A stretch of 64,000 bases of DNA from the sequence record LR756502.1, one strand, 5' to 3'. A model generated the notes under the pieces. That model was not told the DNA's origin. It worked only from the letters and a program-made list of their open reading frames with translations, and did not search any database. Each line of letters begins with the position of its first letter. The first letter of the stretch is position 1. A program made the position numbers and the translations under genes. Of this stretch, positions 61,501 to 64,000 are shown piece by piece.

Positions 61501-61965
61501 CTATTCATAACAAACTTTTGGATATTTCTTTTTCTTTTCAACCTCAATAAGTTCCCAACCAGATGTTTTACTTAAAACATCTATTACATTTTCCTTCATT
61601 TGATCCATTTTACTAAGGATATTATATGTTGCGATTACATCTATGTTATAGATGTGATGTAAGTATTCCAATCCTTTTATTACCTTAGTTAGATTGAAGT
61701 TGCTTTGATATGATTTTATAAAATTTAGGCTATCTACTACAATTGTGTCATAAATTGGCTTACCATCAACTAGTACAGCAAACTCTAAATCAATAAGGAA
61801 GCAATTTTTTATTATGGATATATCACAGTTGTCTAGATCTTCTACTATTCTAGAAACCGCCTTATCTTGATCAAGTGAGAAGTAAAATACCTTAGACTTG
61901 TTCTTAATAAGTTCAAAGCATTTTGAAGATTTTCCTGAGGAATGTTCCCCGTATATTAGTTTCAT
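61501..61965 (-). CDS. Small RecA-like P-loop protein
   Basis: GEHSSGKS, FYFSLD, IVVDSL. Confidence 0.6.
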   Translation of the reverse strand: MKLIYGEHSSGKSSKCFELIKNKSKVFYFSLDQDKAVSRIVEDLDNCDISIIKNCFLIDLEFAVLVDGKPIYDTIVVDSLNFIKSYQSNFNLTKVIKGLEYLHHIYNIDVIATYNILSKMDQMKENVIDVLSKTSGWELIEVEKKKKYPKVCYE

Positions 61966-62402
61966 TATAGATATGATTTAACAACCTCCCAAGTATCAAT
62001 GTGAAGATGGAAATGGTTTATTATTAAATACAAATATACTAAAAATTTATTAGCTATAATAATAAAGGTTAAAAAATTTGACAATATAGTTATTTTTATA
62101 CCAGTTTTAATTTTATTTAATACAAGTGATATAATTAAAACAAATAAAAAAACATACCAGCTTTGTGTTAAAATACCAAGCATCATCCACATAAAATCTA
62201 TTGCCATTATACCAGATGCTCCTATAAATGTTGTGTATTCACTATCTGTCCTGAAATCAGACTTAATAGGCTTTATTTTAGTTACCTCTTCAAATTTAAT
62301 ATACCACTCTTTCACTCTATTGTATTCTTTTAACTTTATTAGTAGTGCAAGTGTCATAAATAAAGGAATAAGACCGAGTGTGTAGTATATATCTCCTAAC
62401 AT
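61965..62402 (-). CDS. Multi-pass membrane protein
   Basis: Four hydrophobic segments; TAATG coupling. Confidence 0.75.
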   Translation of the reverse strand: MLGDIYYTLGLIPLFMTLALLIKLKEYNRVKEWYIKFEEVTKIKPIKSDFRTDSEYTTFIGASGIMAIDFMWMMLGILTQSWYVFLFVLIISLVLNKIKTGIKITILSNFLTFIIIANKFLVYLYLIINHFHLHIDTWEVVKSYL

Positions 62403-62517
62403 AGATTTAGATGTTTTTCAATTATATACAAAAGTTTTCTTTTTGTTTGAGAATATTAGAGAAACAGAAAGTAAAAATAATTATATATAGTTATATAAAA
62501 TAATAATAGGATAGTAA

Positions 62518-64000
62518 ATGGCATCGACACCCTTGTATAAATCACTAAAATCAAATGGTACCTCATTCTATGCATTTCCTGGAGCAGCTGAGGATATATC
62601 AGCAGCTTATCAGAATGAAAATTATAAGATGTACTTTTCAAAGTATACATTACTGAATCTACCAAAGCAACAGTTGGTAAATCTTGGTGGTACACAAGCT
62701 ACTCCTACTTATTGGGATTTTGATGCTTTTCAAAAGTCAACAAATGCTACTCCACCTGCATCATATCAGGAACAGATTATTGAGTCACTTAGAAACTATG
62801 TTGCTAACCAAGAGGTTGTTATAAGAGAATCTAGGTTAAATAACACACAGTATTATTATGATACTAAGGCCTTGGAAACTGTTAGTGAGAAATTATTTTT
62901 CAAATGGTGTAAAGAACTTAATATAATCGACTTTGAACCGGCTCTTCCGGATGATGAGTATTTTTCTAATCTTGCTGAATTTCAAAGTAAGAATATAAAT
63001 GATGATACCTATTTTCCAGAATATCTTTGGAGAGAAAGAGAGGTTATTCAATGGGACACACAGTATTTCTATGAAACAGCATATCCTTTATTCCCTGGTA
63101 AACTAGAGGTTCAGTTTAATGGAACAACTAACTTTAGAGTTGGTGATATAGTTAGACTATTTGATGTTAGTAACTCAACAATAAGTTCAGATCCATACCT
63201 TGGTGGTATTGGTACATCAGATGGTATTAGCTCAACAATTCTTTCTATAATACCAGCAGTTGGTGCTACACAGGGACAAAAAGCTATATTTGATTTATCG
63301 TCTAGTTTATCAGTTGAGTATGAGACTACTGGTAAGGCAGAATTGGTATATCATAGACTTGTTCAGTATATTGGTGATGTTAATGGTATTAGTAATGTAC
63401 AAGAGGCTAATAGATCATATACTGAGGTATATGCTCATATCCCTGATCATACTGGTAGAACTCCTGATATGTTATTTAGAACATTAGTTGATGTAAACTA
63501 TAAGCCAAATATGGCATTTCCTATAATACCAAGTCAGTACCAGCCAGAAATAATGGGTGCTGAATTATTTAATTCTCCTATTGTTAGTACTCCTCAAAAT
63601 TATCCAGGAAGTTATTTTGGACAATTTGATACGTTAGATTTTACTTATGAAACATCAACCGGTGACTCTGTAAGAAGAAGTGGTGATTACTACGGTGTTA
63701 GTGGTGATATAAATACTACTATTGTTGATGGGTCTACTATCGATGGTATATCAATGGATTTTAATACAGATCACTATGTTAAGATGAATATTCAGGATAG
63801 AGTTTTAACAAATTTTGATCAGTTTAATGCACTTGAAGTAAATAATCTACCACCTGAGGATTTTGAATTTAATGCCATACTTTGGTATTATACAGTTAAA
63901 GATGATGTTAATAATATTGTTAAGACTAACTTATATGGTATAACATTTCTTGATAACCCAGATAATAACCCAAAGGATGAAGAGATTGGAATAAGATTTC
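62518..64000 (+). CDS. Large probable virion structural protein, 3'-truncated by the window (absent from ORF track)
   Basis: MASTPLYKSLKSNGTSFYAFPGAAEDISAAYQNENYKMYFSKY...; frame appears open to the window end. Confidence 0.75.
   Translation, partial: MASTPLYKSLKSNGTSFYAFPGAAEDISAAYQNENYKMYFSKYTLLNLPKQQLVNLGGTQATPTYWDFDAFQKSTNATPPASYQEQIIESLRNYVANQEVVIRESRLNNTQYYYDTKALETVSEKLFFKWCKELNIIDFEPALPDDEYFSNLAEFQSKNINDDTYFPEYLWREREVIQWDTQYFYETAYPLFPGKLEVQFNGTTNFRVGDIVRLFDVSNSTISSDPYLGGIGTSDGISSTILSIIPAVGATQGQKAIFDLSSSLSVEYETTGKAELVYHRLVQYIGDVNGISNVQEANRSYTEVYAHIPDHTGRTPDMLFRTLVDVNYKPNMAFPIIPSQYQPEIMGAELFNSPIVSTPQNYPGSYFGQFDTLDFTYETSTGDSVRRSGDYYGVSGDINTTIVDGSTIDGISMDFNTDHYVKMNIQDRVLTNFDQFNALEVNNLPPEDFEFNAILWYYTVKDDVNNIVKTNLYGITFLDNPDNNPKDEEIGIRF

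Noticed and set aside
63260-63487. 75-aa track ORF
   Set aside because: Out-of-frame overlap within the long unterminated gene starting at 62518.
1-64000. Alternative genetic code (TAG/TGA recoding as in some megaphages)
   Set aside because: Long conserved genes (nrdA, thyA, prkA, uvsX, the 1696-aa protein) are full length in code 11, and TAG ends coupled genes (e.g. 3164-3166).

Overview
This is an AT-rich, gene-dense 64-kb segment of a large T4-like (jumbo) tailed phage genome, read in the standard genetic code. Recognisable core genes are ThyA, the N-terminal half of a split family-B DNA polymerase, a DinG-like helicase, a gp41/DnaB-like helicase, class Ia NrdA, a DNA methyltransferase, a RuvC-like resolvase, UvsX/RecA and PhoH. 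The window also holds large Ser/Thr-rich virion proteins and a bacterial-type prkA(yeaG)-yeaH pair. Four exact TTTG-N20-TATATTTG promoters point to a Bacteroidota host (inference). The most striking structure is genome-wide and not explained by gene labels. (1) About 25 otherwise unrelated proteins start with a T4 capsid-targeting-like N-terminal peptide and mostly follow a TAATATATA promoter, often only 4-5 nt before the ATG, so the mRNAs may be leaderless. (2) A different set of about 12 proteins ends in a shared R-x-x-K-[IL]-x-x-[ILV]-[IL] tail. Together these suggest a two-tag protein addressing system tied to a three-class promoter programme. Other highlights: a SHOCT-domain gene bracketed by a perfect 14-bp inverted repeat between its promoter and terminator, a degenerate tRNA-Cys(GCA), a 61-aa mini-protein resembling the major capsid protein C-terminus, micro-ORFs inside the prkA-yeaH operon, a candidate sRNA, and a late promoter inside a start-codon-occluding hairpin. 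All family calls come from motif recognition by eye; no database searches were run.
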